Below, in pieces: positions 1 through 9,188 of a stretch of DNA of 64,000 bases. This stretch comes from Chlamydiia bacterium (GTDB taxonomy: Bacteria; Chlamydiota; Chlamydiia; Chlamydiales; RGXB01). The position numbers were made by a program, and so were the translations under genes. The notes below the pieces were generated by a model. The model did no database searches and was not told the origin of the DNA. It was given only the letters and a program-made list of their open reading frames with translations. The number at the start of each line of letters is the position of its first letter. The stretch's first letter is position 1. The stretch is taken from positions 64,001 to 128,000 of the forward strand of contig JBEIFH010000001.1 of the NCBI GenBank assembly GCA_040382515.1, read 5' to 3'.

Positions 1-64
1 TCAGCGCCTGCGAAAGGGCAAACGCCCAAGCTCCACTCCCTAAAATCGTTACTCTTTTGATCAT
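1..64 (-). CDS. gpsA: NAD(P)H-dependent glycerol-3-phosphate dehydrogenase, 5' fragment (runs off the window)
   Basis: Manual translation from ATG at 64 gives MIKRVTILGSGAWAFALSQAL, a Rossmann GxGxW start typical of GpsA. ATGA overlap with the upstream stop. Same adjacency as in Chlamydia. Confidence 0.8.
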   Translation of the reverse strand, partial: MIKRVTILGSGAWAFALSQAL

Positions 65-846
65 GTTAAAACCCTTAATGCATTTTCCAAGCTATCTGTC
101 CCCACATCCCTTTTGATTGGTAAAAAATGGGCGTTGCGGTCCACTTTCACTACCTCGAAGTTTCGAGCAAGGGGAAAAAAATCAAATACAAATTTTTCCT
201 GTTTCACTACTTCTACCCCCCGTTGTACCTTTTTAATTTTATGCACTTTAACCAATGGGTCCATACGGGCAGCCCTTTCAAAAAAGGGGAGCGCCGCTGA
301 AAAAATTCCGGCATAGGCTAGCCCCTCAGAATTTTTAAAAGAGGTGTACTCCTTTACGCTCAATTTATCATCGGTGAAAATCGTCCCTACAGACTCGTTT
401 TCAGATTTTTTTTCTACAGCTAAAACCACAAGTTCCACATTTTGATGCAGTCCCCAAAACCCGGGTTGCACCAACGGGTTGTCTACAGGACAGACAACAA
501 TCCTTTCCACCCCCCTTTCTTGGAAAGTCTGGTACACTCCTGAGTCGGCAAAAGCCCTAAATAAATCTCCATTTCCCATCGGGCTCAAGCTATCGGATCC
601 CAAAACAGGGGCAGATTTTTGATTGAAAAAAAGAAATCTTTTATTTTGCATCCCGAGGGTTTCTACATGCTCTTTTATTTGCTCGTGATTCTTGATCGAG
701 GTCATGATTGCGACATCTTCCGGGCATTTTTTTAAAATTCTTTCCAACAAGGACGCACCGTGGATCTTAACAAGACCTTTCGGGATATCTAGTTGAAGAC
801 GGGTGGCATCCCCGGCTGCCAAAATCACAACACCATATTTCTTCAT
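61..846 (-). CDS. UDPGP-family nucleotidyltransferase (eukaryote-type UDP-GlcNAc/UDP-glucose pyrophosphorylase), compact form
   Basis: Motifs ILAAGDATRL..PKG, SPMGNGDLF, VDNPL, ESVG, VKEY, EKFVFDFF, FLPIK. Confidence 0.8.
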   Translation of the reverse strand: MKKYGVVILAAGDATRLQLDIPKGLVKIHGASLLERILKKCPEDVAIMTSIKNHEQIKEHVETLGMQNKRFLFFNQKSAPVLGSDSLSPMGNGDLFRAFADSGVYQTFQERGVERIVVCPVDNPLVQPGFWGLHQNVELVVLAVEKKSENESVGTIFTDDKLSVKEYTSFKNSEGLAYAGIFSAALPFFERAARMDPLVKVHKIKKVQRGVEVVKQEKFVFDFFPLARNFEVVKVDRNAHFLPIKRDVGTDSLENALRVLT

Positions 847-1135
847 AAAAAATAAAAAAGAACCTTTTACACACTGCTTTCAAAAAAACGTATCCAGCCC
901 AACCTATTAGTAAAATACCGGATTAGGTTTGCAATTATGTCTTTTTTACCGTTTTTTTTCCTTGAATATCCTCAAACGGGGTGAAGTCCTACAAGGAGAA
1001 AATGGCATAGTATAGAGGAAAAATGTTTCGTGAGCCCGTTTAGAAAGCTTATGTTTTTTTTTTGATCTCTTTAGCTCGCCAAACAACTCAAAAAAGGGGT
1101 ATAGTCAAAAACCCCTTAGGGAGCAAAAAACAACC

Positions 1136-2017
1136 ATGCCGTTTTTGAGCCTTTTCATTTCTCTACTTATTACTTTCATTTGGGGTCTAAATTTTGTCGT
1201 TATTAAATTTTGCCTTCTAGAGACAAAACCTCTCACCTTGTGCTTTTTACGCTTTTTTCTTACTAGCATTCCCCTTGTGCTTTTCACCAAAAGACCCAAA
1301 ACGCATTTTTCTCTTCTGCTTTTGTATGGCGTCGTGATGTTTGTTATCCAATTCGGGCTCCTTTTTCTAGGCCTCTACCTAGGGATGCCTGCAGGACTCT
1401 CCTCTCTCATTTTGCAGGTACAGGTTTTTTTCAGCCTTTTCATCGGGATGTATGTTTTTGAAGAGAAAATCCGCCCATGGAACTGGATCGGTTGCATGAT
1501 CTCTTTTTTAGGGATTGGAACGGTCATATGGAATCTGGACTCCAGTGTCTCCTATGGGGGATTGTTATGCATCTTGGGTACTGCAGCCTGTTCAAGCTTG
1601 GGCAACCTGATCACAAAAAAAGTGGGTCAGGTCAACAGTTTTTCCCTTGTTGCCTGGGGCAGTTTCATCGCTTGGCCTATCCTGCTCGCTTTATCCCTTG
1701 CATTAGAGGGGCCGACTGTTTTTCTCGACACTCTATTTGATACCCAAGTAGATTTTTGGATTGGAGCCGCTTATATTACCTACCTAGCGACTCTATTCGC
1801 CTACGGAGCTTGGTCTTGGCTTGTGCGCAACAACCCCCTAAAGGCTGTTACCCCCTTCACTTTGTTGACCCCCATATTTGCCCTGTTTGGCGGAACTATT
1901 TTTTTAGACGAACCGTTTCCGATTTGGAAACTCTTTGCTACAATCCTCGTTTTAGCCGGACTTGCCATCAACTTGTTTGGAAACTATCTTTTGCGCCCCG
2001 CCCCTTTCATAGAATAA
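1136..2017 (+). CDS. EamA/DMT family transporter (O-acetylserine/cysteine exporter-like)
   Basis: IWGLNFVVIK, GMPAGLSSLILQVQVFF, about 10 TM helices in two EamA repeats. Confidence 0.9.
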   Translation: MPFLSLFISLLITFIWGLNFVVIKFCLLETKPLTLCFLRFFLTSIPLVLFTKRPKTHFSLLLLYGVVMFVIQFGLLFLGLYLGMPAGLSSLILQVQVFFSLFIGMYVFEEKIRPWNWIGCMISFLGIGTVIWNLDSSVSYGGLLCILGTAACSSLGNLITKKVGQVNSFSLVAWGSFIAWPILLALSLALEGPTVFLDTLFDTQVDFWIGAAYITYLATLFAYGAWSWLVRNNPLKAVTPFTLLTPIFALFGGTIFLDEPFPIWKLFATILVLAGLAINLFGNYLLRPAPFIE

Positions 2018-2159
2018 AAATTTATTTTTTATTTAAAAATTGACCTATTTCATAGGGCTCCTTTAAACTTTTTTATGAGGACATCTACTGTCTTCAAAAA
2101 GAAAAATGCTATAGCCTTGTGCTATTAAATCTTGCACCTTTCAAAAAAAAGGGGGTTCC

Positions 2160-3500
2160 ATGGCATACATGACCTTAATCTTTTTAGGCGCGTTTAGTCT
2201 ATCTGTTTTAATCCTTATAAAGCTTTATCAACGCTGCCCATCGAATAAAATCCTTGTCATCTACGGACGTGTCGGATTTGGAAAAACGATCCAATGCCAT
2301 CACGGTGGTGGACGGATTGTCTGGCCTTTGATCCAGGGATACGCATTTTTAGATCTCACACCGAAAACAATCCACATCTCCCTAAAAGGGGCGTTGTCAC
2401 AGCAAAATATCCGAGTAAACATCCCAAGCACTTTTACTGTTGCATTGGGGATCAGCCCCCAAATCATGCAAAATGCAGCTGTTCGGCTCTTAGAGCTTGA
2501 CGCACGCAGTATTGAAATGATGGCGACAGAAATCATCACCGGCCAGCTGCGTCTGACAATTGCCTCTTTAAGGATTGAGGAGATCAATCAGGATCGCGAG
2601 CGATTCCTTGAGGCAATCAAAGACAATATCGAGGAGGAGCTGCATAAAATAGGCCTTACCCTACTCAACGTGAACATCACCGACATCACCGACGAGTCGG
2701 AGTACATCGACAGCATCGGGAAAAAGGCCTCCTCCACAGCGGTGAATCAGGCTAAAGTGGATGTTGCGGAGCAGGAAAAACAGGGAGAGGTTGGAAAGGC
2801 GTCCCAAGAAAGAGATTGTAGAATTCTCGTAGCAAGCTACAACGCCGATGCGGTGCGTGGAGAAAATGAGTCGAGAGCCGAAATCGCAACCACAAATGCG
2901 CTGCTGGCGGAAAAAGAGGCCGATGCAAAACGGAGAAGCCAGATTGCCATGCAACAGGCTGAAGCCGAGATCCAAAAAGCCAAAACGCTTGCCAATACCC
3001 ACAGATTAGAGGCTGAGCAAATTGTTCCTCAACAGATCGAAAAGCGCAAAATTGAAATTGAGGCTCAAGCAGAAGCAGAGAAAAAAATTCTGATTGCTAA
3101 GGGAGAAGCCGAGGCTATCCTCCTGATCAAAGAGGCGGAAGCGCTAGGAATTCAGAAAATTTTGGATGCAAAAGCGCAAGGGTATAAGTTGCTTATCGAT
3201 GCCTGTAACCACGACGCTCAGAGTGCGTCGACTTTGCTGCTGATGGAAAAACTTGAAACGATGGTCTCTTTGCAAACAGAAGCGATCAAAAACATCAAAA
3301 TTGATAAAATTACCGTTTGGGATTCTGGAAACCAGGGGGAAAACCAGAAATCTACCACCTCCAATTTCCTGAGCCAGTTTGTCAAGTCATTACCTCCGCT
3401 TCACGACGTTGCGAATATGGCAGGCCTCAAAATGCCTGAATATCTAGGGTCTGTTCAAAACTCGAAAAACATTGAAAAAGAGGAATTCCAGCTTCAATAA
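2160..3500 (+). CDS. Flotillin / SPFH (band 7) domain protein
   Basis: N-terminal TM, SPFH core (GGGRIVWPLIQ, GQLRLTIA, INQDRERF), Ala/Glu-rich coiled coil, flotillin C-terminus (NIKIDKITVWDS). Confidence 0.9.
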   Translation: MAYMTLIFLGAFSLSVLILIKLYQRCPSNKILVIYGRVGFGKTIQCHHGGGRIVWPLIQGYAFLDLTPKTIHISLKGALSQQNIRVNIPSTFTVALGISPQIMQNAAVRLLELDARSIEMMATEIITGQLRLTIASLRIEEINQDRERFLEAIKDNIEEELHKIGLTLLNVNITDITDESEYIDSIGKKASSTAVNQAKVDVAEQEKQGEVGKASQERDCRILVASYNADAVRGENESRAEIATTNALLAEKEADAKRRSQIAMQQAEAEIQKAKTLANTHRLEAEQIVPQQIEKRKIEIEAQAEAEKKILIAKGEAEAILLIKEAEALGIQKILDAKAQGYKLLIDACNHDAQSASTLLLMEKLETMVSLQTEAIKNIKIDKITVWDSGNQGENQKSTTSNFLSQFVKSLPPLHDVANMAGLKMPEYLGSVQNSKNIEKEEFQLQ

Positions 3501-3527
3501 ATTTCATCACTATTTAAAAAATTTAGT

Positions 3528-3583
3528 GTAAAAAACCTCTATCCCCGTGGGAAGCGCTTCTCCCCGGAGGTAGAGTTTTTTAC
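3528..3583. terminator. Bidirectional intrinsic terminator between convergent genes
   Basis: Stem gtaaaaaacctctatc...ggtagagttttttac with A/T tracts on both sides. Confidence 0.65.
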
Positions 3584-3636
3584 TGTCATGATCTTATGTC
3601 TTTCAAAATAGGATTGAAAAGACTTTAAAAGGATCT

Positions 3637-4773
3637 TTAAACCCTTTTTTCATGAAAACTTACAACGGCAACACTTGCAAATTCTTTTATTTCCCGTCCC
3701 AAGGGCATCGCCTTTAAAAGGATGTGTTGCAAATCTGATTTAGGATTTTCCCCGATGGCCTCTTCAAAAAGCTCGATAGGATACATCTCAAAAAACGGCT
3801 TCGTCCCCATTACCAAAGTATCATTCCCTCTCAAAGGGCAACAGGTGATCTTGGGTTTTGCACTGATTGGCCATAAAGATTTGTCTAACTTGCAGCAGGC
3901 GTTGTAAGCCACCAATCCAAGCGCCCTGGAGTGGGGCACCCCTTCCTTAGTATTGGGCCATCGGTACTCACCTGAGAAAGGAATATAGCAATCTGATCTT
4001 GACTTGTGGAGCGCCTTCAATGCTCGATCCAATCGGATGACATCTCTTTTTGAGGAAAAATTCCTGATATTGCTCAACGAAATCAATCCTCTCTTAGCCC
4101 CCTTGTTGATCAAATAGGCACGCGAGTTCCCTAGTGTGGCTGTGTAGACCATAGCATTTTCATGATCAACAATAGATACAACTCCATTTGCACCCACCGC
4201 CTCGAATCCTTTTAAAGACAAAACATTCGCCTCCAATTCGTGAAATGCACGGGCCAAAACCTCTTTTGGACTCAATCCCGCCTGGACTAATGGAGGGATT
4301 ATCGCCTGGATCCTCACTTGTAAAAAATCTGCTATCTCCTTACTGAAAATTCCTTCAAACAGGGAGAATGCAGTGATGGGATTTGCCTGGTCTATGCGCT
4401 GATCCACCTGTTTTAATTCCGCCTTATTGGATTCTTTGAAGATATAACACTCTTTACATATCACCCCGTTGGTCGCTCGGGAGATATCGGCACGTATGCG
4501 CCTTTCAAAATCTTGAATACCTGTTGTCCCTGCCCTCTCGATGAAAGCCTTGAACAGGTTTTTCAAAAGCTTTTCTCTATCCCCTGTTGCGATTCTCTCT
4601 TTAGAAAAAACAGACGCTCCCCCCCGTTTTGAAACACAGCCCAGTCCAAAAAATGCACTGATGCTATCGAAGAAACTCTTCTCAGGTTCTTCAGGGACTC
4701 TTCTTGCACTGCTGCAAAAATCAAAGAATGAGGAGCCTGCCTCGGATGCTCCTCTTGTTGGATTTGTACTCAT
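3637..4773 (-). CDS. PP2C/PPM-fold protein with degenerate active site (putative pseudophosphatase), Ser/Gly-rich N-terminus
   Basis: PPM-like segments FSLFEG, VYTATLGNSRAYL, SRALG, ISAKPKIT, DTLVMGT, SVAVVSF occur in canonical order; the metal-binding Asp residues are absent. Confidence 0.7.
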   Translation of the reverse strand: MSTNPTRGASEAGSSFFDFCSSARRVPEEPEKSFFDSISAFFGLGCVSKRGGASVFSKERIATGDREKLLKNLFKAFIERAGTTGIQDFERRIRADISRATNGVICKECYIFKESNKAELKQVDQRIDQANPITAFSLFEGIFSKEIADFLQVRIQAIIPPLVQAGLSPKEVLARAFHELEANVLSLKGFEAVGANGVVSIVDHENAMVYTATLGNSRAYLINKGAKRGLISLSNIRNFSSKRDVIRLDRALKALHKSRSDCYIPFSGEYRWPNTKEGVPHSRALGLVAYNACCKLDKSLWPISAKPKITCCPLRGNDTLVMGTKPFFEMYPIELFEEAIGENPKSDLQHILLKAMPLGREIKEFASVAVVSFHEKRV

Positions 4774-5126
4774 AGTATTTACTCCTAATTACTATTTCTC
4801 ATAGCATGCCAGAGTGGATATATATAAGTAAAATTTTAACTTTGCATTAAGCAAGAAAGTGGCTCCTTAACATAGCGTAAATAGTTTTTTTAATTTTTCT
4901 AGGATGCCGTGCACCCGTTAGAAAAGATTGTGCGATAACGTAAATCTCCTTCATAGTCTTTTAAGATTAGGATGGAACGTTTTTTCATTTAGATTCTCTT
5001 TATCATTTTGATCGCCTGTTTCGGCGCGGCCTAAGCTGGCAAAAATCTAGGGCCCTCTTTTAGAAAAAAGGTTCAATCCTAATTTAAAAGACTATAATCT
5101 CAAATCAATAATCAAGATGAGGGCGT

Positions 5127-5612
5127 ATGAAAAAAATCATCCTTGGATTTGATCCGGGAACGGAAAAAGCGGGCTGGGCACTTTTAGAGGCCGATGGTTT
5201 AAAAATCTCTCTTCTTCAATTTGGGCATATTGCAATCCGACCCAGCATGTCGCTGCAAAAAAGGCTCGGCCTGCTTTACCGCGAAGCTTCTAAAATTATA
5301 GAGGTCCACAAACCTATGCAGATTGCGATTGAAGGACAATTTGTCGGTATCAATCCAAAAGCTGCCATGGCTATAGCGATGTCTAGAGGGGTACTTCTTG
5401 CTCTTGCCGACCACCATGGTATAGAAGCGTTCGAGTACTCCCCTAAAGAGGCAAAAATGGGGATCACAGGCAGAGGAAACGCCACAAAAGAGGAGGTGCA
5501 GAAAATGTGCAAACTCCTATTTCGGCAAAATTTTGAAGAACCTTTTGATGCAACAGACGCTATTGCATTAGCCTATTGCCACTTAAACCACCTGAAAGCG
5601 AGAGTTCTATGA
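5127..5612 (+). CDS. ruvC: Holliday junction resolvase RuvC
   Basis: ILGFDPG, IAIE, GRGNATKEEV, DATDAIALA. Confidence 0.95.
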   Translation: MKKIILGFDPGTEKAGWALLEADGLKISLLQFGHIAIRPSMSLQKRLGLLYREASKIIEVHKPMQIAIEGQFVGINPKAAMAIAMSRGVLLALADHHGIEAFEYSPKEAKMGITGRGNATKEEVQKMCKLLFRQNFEEPFDATDAIALAYCHLNHLKARVL

Positions 5613-6172
5613 TCGAATATATAGAAGGAAAATTAATTGACCTCACTACGGTAAAAGCAACAGTAGTTGTATCCGGAATCGGTTATGGGATACATATCAC
5701 TTTGACCACATTTGACCGGATTTGCCACCTTCAAGGTCAAAATATCATTTTTCATACCACCCAAATTTTTCGTGAAGACTCCAACCGCTTATTTGGATTT
5801 ATAGACAAGGGAGAAAAAAAACTTTTTGAAACTTTGCACCCCTCGATCGGCCCTAAAACCACACTGTCCCTCTTGGGGCATCTCACCCAAGATGCTCTCC
5901 AACAGGCGATTGAACACGGCGAAGTCGAAACCCTTATTAAGGTTCCCGGAATCGGAAAAAAATCGGCCGAGAGGATCATTGTGGAACTTAAAGGGAAATT
6001 GCAAAACGTCCCGATGGAAAAAACCGACCACGAGGATGCCGTGCAGGCCTTGATTCATATCGGGTATACCTCCGCGGAGGCCAGAAAGAAGGTTTTGACT
6101 GCAAAGGATACCCTTTCAAAAAATGCACCCCTGCAGGAGCTTTTGAAAGTTGCTCTCAAGACGAAGATATGA
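5609..6172 (+). CDS. ruvA: Holliday junction branch migration protein RuvA
   Basis: MIEYIEGKL, GIGYG, FRED..LFGF, VPGIGKKSAERIIVELKGK. Start moved to ATG 5609 (ATGA overlap with ruvC stop). Confidence 0.95.
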   Translation: MIEYIEGKLIDLTTVKATVVVSGIGYGIHITLTTFDRICHLQGQNIIFHTTQIFREDSNRLFGFIDKGEKKLFETLHPSIGPKTTLSLLGHLTQDALQQAIEHGEVETLIKVPGIGKKSAERIIVELKGKLQNVPMEKTDHEDAVQALIHIGYTSAEARKKVLTAKDTLSKNAPLQELLKVALKTKI

Positions 6173-6187
6173 TAAAATTCTCTCCTT

Positions 6188-7534
6188 ATGAGCGAAAAAA
6201 AGACTATTACGGCGATTGCGACCCCGCCGGGGGACGGCGGAGTGGGGATTATCCGCATAAGTGGCCCAAACGCTGTACCTATCGCAAGCAAAGTTGTCCT
6301 TTTTGACCTCAAAAATGGGGACACCCATAAAGTATATTTTACTAAAGCACTCGATTGTAATGGGGAAGTCCTGGACGAGGTGTTGGTTTTTAAGATGTGT
6401 TCCCCCCGCTCCTTTACCGGGGAAGATGTTGTCGAAATCCAATGCCACGGTGGCCAGCTTATCTGTAAAAAAATTCTTGAATCCTCCCTTGATGCGGGTG
6501 CGGTTCCGGCCCAGCCCGGAGAATTTACACTAAGAGCCTTCATGAATGGCAAAATCGATCTTGCAAAAGCCGAATCGATCCAGATGTTGATCCATGCAAA
6601 AAACACGAGCGCTCTAAAGGTTGCAAAAAATCAGCTTGAAGGGCATCTGTCCGAGAAAATTCTTCACCTTCAAGAAAAGTTATTTTATCTCGCAGCTGTC
6701 ATGGAAGCATCTGTCGATTATCCTGAGGAGGGGCTCGAATTTTTATCTAACGAAGAGTACCTTGATCAGCTTGGCTCATCGATTGCATCTCTAAAGCGCC
6801 TTAGGGATTCATTTTTTACGGGGAGCACTTTAAACACATCCACAAAACTCTGTCTTTTGGGGGCCCCAAACGTCGGAAAATCCTCTTTACTGAATGCCCT
6901 TTTGCAAAAAGAGCGGGCAATAGTCACCCCGATCGCAGGGACAACACGGGATTTAATTGAGGGAGAAATCCAACTTTTTGGGCACCATTTCACCTTGATA
7001 GACACAGCCGGGATCAGGCAAACCGATGAGGTGATTGAACAAGAGGGGATCCGCCGCTCCCTATCTGCAAAAGAATCGAGCGACCTTGTCCTTTTTATCC
7101 TCGACGGCTCGCGCCCTTGTACTCCAGTCGAAAAAGAGCTTCTCGAGAAAGCAGATCCTGCAAAAACAATTGTCGTCACAAACAAATCCGATCTCATGCA
7201 TCCCGAGTCGGAACCAAAAGGGGTGCTGGTGTCTGCAAAAAATCTTTCAGGTATCGATCTACTGCAAAAACTATTGGTGGACTGGATAGAAAATCAGAAT
7301 GGCAAACTCTCAAAAGAGGAGGTCATCTTAGTACAAAAACGGCACTTCGACGCTGTTGAAACTGCACTGGATTTTCTTGATGCAGTGTATCATGGCCTTG
7401 AGACTGGTATTGGGGGCGAGCTCTTGGTGATGGATATTAAGGCAGCCATCCACTCTCTTGCAACCATCATCGGACGGAATGTAACCGAGGAGGTTCTGAA
7501 CCAGATCTTTAGCCATTTTTGTGTGGGAAAGTAG
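6188..7534 (+). CDS. mnmE: tRNA modification GTPase MnmE
   Basis: TITAIATPPG, SFTGEDVVEIQCHGG, GAPNVGKSS, GTTRD, DTAG, NKSD, FCVGK. Confidence 0.97.
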   Translation: MSEKKTITAIATPPGDGGVGIIRISGPNAVPIASKVVLFDLKNGDTHKVYFTKALDCNGEVLDEVLVFKMCSPRSFTGEDVVEIQCHGGQLICKKILESSLDAGAVPAQPGEFTLRAFMNGKIDLAKAESIQMLIHAKNTSALKVAKNQLEGHLSEKILHLQEKLFYLAAVMEASVDYPEEGLEFLSNEEYLDQLGSSIASLKRLRDSFFTGSTLNTSTKLCLLGAPNVGKSSLLNALLQKERAIVTPIAGTTRDLIEGEIQLFGHHFTLIDTAGIRQTDEVIEQEGIRRSLSAKESSDLVLFILDGSRPCTPVEKELLEKADPAKTIVVTNKSDLMHPESEPKGVLVSAKNLSGIDLLQKLLVDWIENQNGKLSKEEVILVQKRHFDAVETALDFLDAVYHGLETGIGGELLVMDIKAAIHSLATIIGRNVTEEVLNQIFSHFCVGK

Positions 7535-7540
7535 CTTTTT

Positions 7541-8161
7541 ATGCGAAGGATCGACAAAGCTAAAGCGCTTTTACAACTTTTGGATGCCACCTACCCAAAG
7601 GTGGATGTACCGTTAAAACACAATTGCCCGTTCACACTCCTTGTTGCCGTCCTTTTATCCCAACAAAGCACCGATAAAAAGGTCAACGAGATCACCCCTC
7701 TCCTTTTTGAAAAAGCCGACACTCCTGAGAAAATGGTCTCTTTAGGCGTTTTAGAAGTGCAAAAAATAATCCGCCCAATCGGATTGGCGCCGCAAAAAGC
7801 TAAAAACATTGTCTCCCTTTCGTCGATGCTGATCGATCTTTTTGCAAGCAAGGTTCCCCCTACTTTGGAAGAGCTCATGAGCTTGCCCGGAGTTGGCAGA
7901 AAAACCGCTCTTTGCGTTTTAGCACAAGCGTTTCACCAGGACGCTTTTCCCGTTGACACCCACATTTTGCGCCTTGCAAGCCGCTGGGGACTATCAAAAT
8001 CGAAACAGCCGTTGAAAGTAGAAGAAGACCTAAAGAAATGTTTCCCAAAAAAAAGTTGGTCCAAGGTACATCTGCAGATTATTTTTGCCGGTAGAGAATA
8101 CTGCAAGGCTTCCCCCCACTCGTTGCAATCGTGCCCTTTTTGCGCCCTAGTTTCCAAATGA
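7541..8161 (+). CDS. nth: Endonuclease III
   Basis: LLVAVLLSQQSTD, HhH LPGVGRKTA, PVDTH, C-terminal C..H..CPFC. Confidence 0.95.
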   Translation: MRRIDKAKALLQLLDATYPKVDVPLKHNCPFTLLVAVLLSQQSTDKKVNEITPLLFEKADTPEKMVSLGVLEVQKIIRPIGLAPQKAKNIVSLSSMLIDLFASKVPPTLEELMSLPGVGRKTALCVLAQAFHQDAFPVDTHILRLASRWGLSKSKQPLKVEEDLKKCFPKKSWSKVHLQIIFAGREYCKASPHSLQSCPFCALVSK

Positions 8162-8196
8162 ATAAAGGGCTTAGACCCTAAGTCTTTTGAGATTTT

Positions 8197-8354
8197 AGCT
8201 AGCGATTGCCCCATTTTCAAAGAGCACCTCCCCTTTTTTGAAAATAGAGATCCTCGTCCAACTTAAAATGTTTTTTAAGATTGAGCTAGCGATTGCCCCA
8301 TTTTCACGAGCACCTCGCCTTTGGGAAAATAGAGATCCTCGTCCAACTTAAAAT
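8197..8354. repeat. Imperfect tandem duplication of the psd 3' end (copies 8197-8269 and 8284-8354, offset 87 bp)
   Basis: agctagcgattgccccattttca...gagcacctc...gaaaatagagatcctcgtccaacttaaaat is present twice, with small indels in the outer copy. Confidence 0.9.
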
Positions 8355-9129
8355 TTTTCTTCAGCAAAAGCACACACATGGAACCCCCAAAGGAGAATTT
8401 GGCAATCTGCTGCCCCTTTTCGACAAAATCCCCCTCAGCTACATCCAGATGGATCGTACCGACAAAAGTGGCCCCGACAAGAACCATGGCAAAATTTTCG
8501 AATTCGACCAGTACCCTTTTATTTTCATGCAAGATAGCCATATTTTTTCTGATCGCTAGAGGGGATACGGAAAATAGGGGCCCATTGAGTTTACGCACCG
8601 ATAACACTTTTCCGGCTAACGGGGCATGTAGGCGGTGGTAGTCTTGGGGAGCTAATCGGATCGTGAGGATTTTCCCCTCTGCAAATTTCTCGACCAGAAG
8701 CGGATCCTTAACGAGTTTTTCTATTGAAAATTGCCTCCCCTTCACCTCAAAATGGTTTCGATCGACTTCTTTGACCCTACCGTCCGCCGGACTCACAAGG
8801 ACATTTTCCCCATTTTGAATCGGCCTCACTTCGGGTTTTAATGCTCTTTCAAAGAACTCAGAAAAATTTTTAAAGCTTTCCGGGGGGTGTAAAAACTCCT
8901 CCACGTCCACCCCATATTTTTGTATAAATGGGTGAATTGTTTTTTTGCTCAAAGGAGACCTTTGAAAGCTTGCATACATCCATCCCAGGATCGGGAAGTT
9001 TGCTAGTAAAAACCTTGCAATTTTGCTGATTAAATTATCCTTGTACAGCCATATCAGGATCCCTTTTGCAGGGGGATCTTCTTCAACTTCTTGTCGCGTG
9101 TCTCTATTGAGTAAATGGATCGTTGTCAT
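8275..9129 (-). CDS. psd: Phosphatidylserine decarboxylase proenzyme
   Basis: FFERALKPEVRP, SPADG, RLAPQDYHRLH, ENKR, VGATFVG, cleavage motif FGGS. Confidence 0.95.
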   Translation of the reverse strand: MTTIHLLNRDTRQEVEEDPPAKGILIWLYKDNLISKIARFLLANFPILGWMYASFQRSPLSKKTIHPFIQKYGVDVEEFLHPPESFKNFSEFFERALKPEVRPIQNGENVLVSPADGRVKEVDRNHFEVKGRQFSIEKLVKDPLLVEKFAEGKILTIRLAPQDYHRLHAPLAGKVLSVRKLNGPLFSVSPLAIRKNMAILHENKRVLVEFENFAMVLVGATFVGTIHLDVAEGDFVEKGQQIAKFSFGGSMCVLLLKKNFKLDEDLYFPKGEVLVKMGQSLAQS

Positions 9130-9134
9130 AAAAA

Positions 9135-9166
9135 TTGATTATATCTTCAAATTCGTTTATACTCAA
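9135..9166. promoter_or_regulatory. Overlapping divergent sigma70-type promoters for secA (+) and psd (-)
   Basis: Plus: TTGATT(9135-9140)-N17-TATACT(9158-9163). Minus: TTGAGT(9166-9161)-N17-TATAAT(9143-9138). Confidence 0.7.
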
Positions 9167-9188
9167 GGATCAAGGATTAGGTATTTTC

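Noticed and set aside
975..1040. Riboswitch upstream of the EamA gene (aaacggg...cccgttt closing stem)
   Set aside because: Only a 7-bp stem; no recognisable aptamer consensus.
1030..4932. Direct repeat gtg..cccgtt.agaaa.g.tt.tg at 1030 and 4909 flanking the accessory block
   Set aside because: Short and gapped; compatible with chance.
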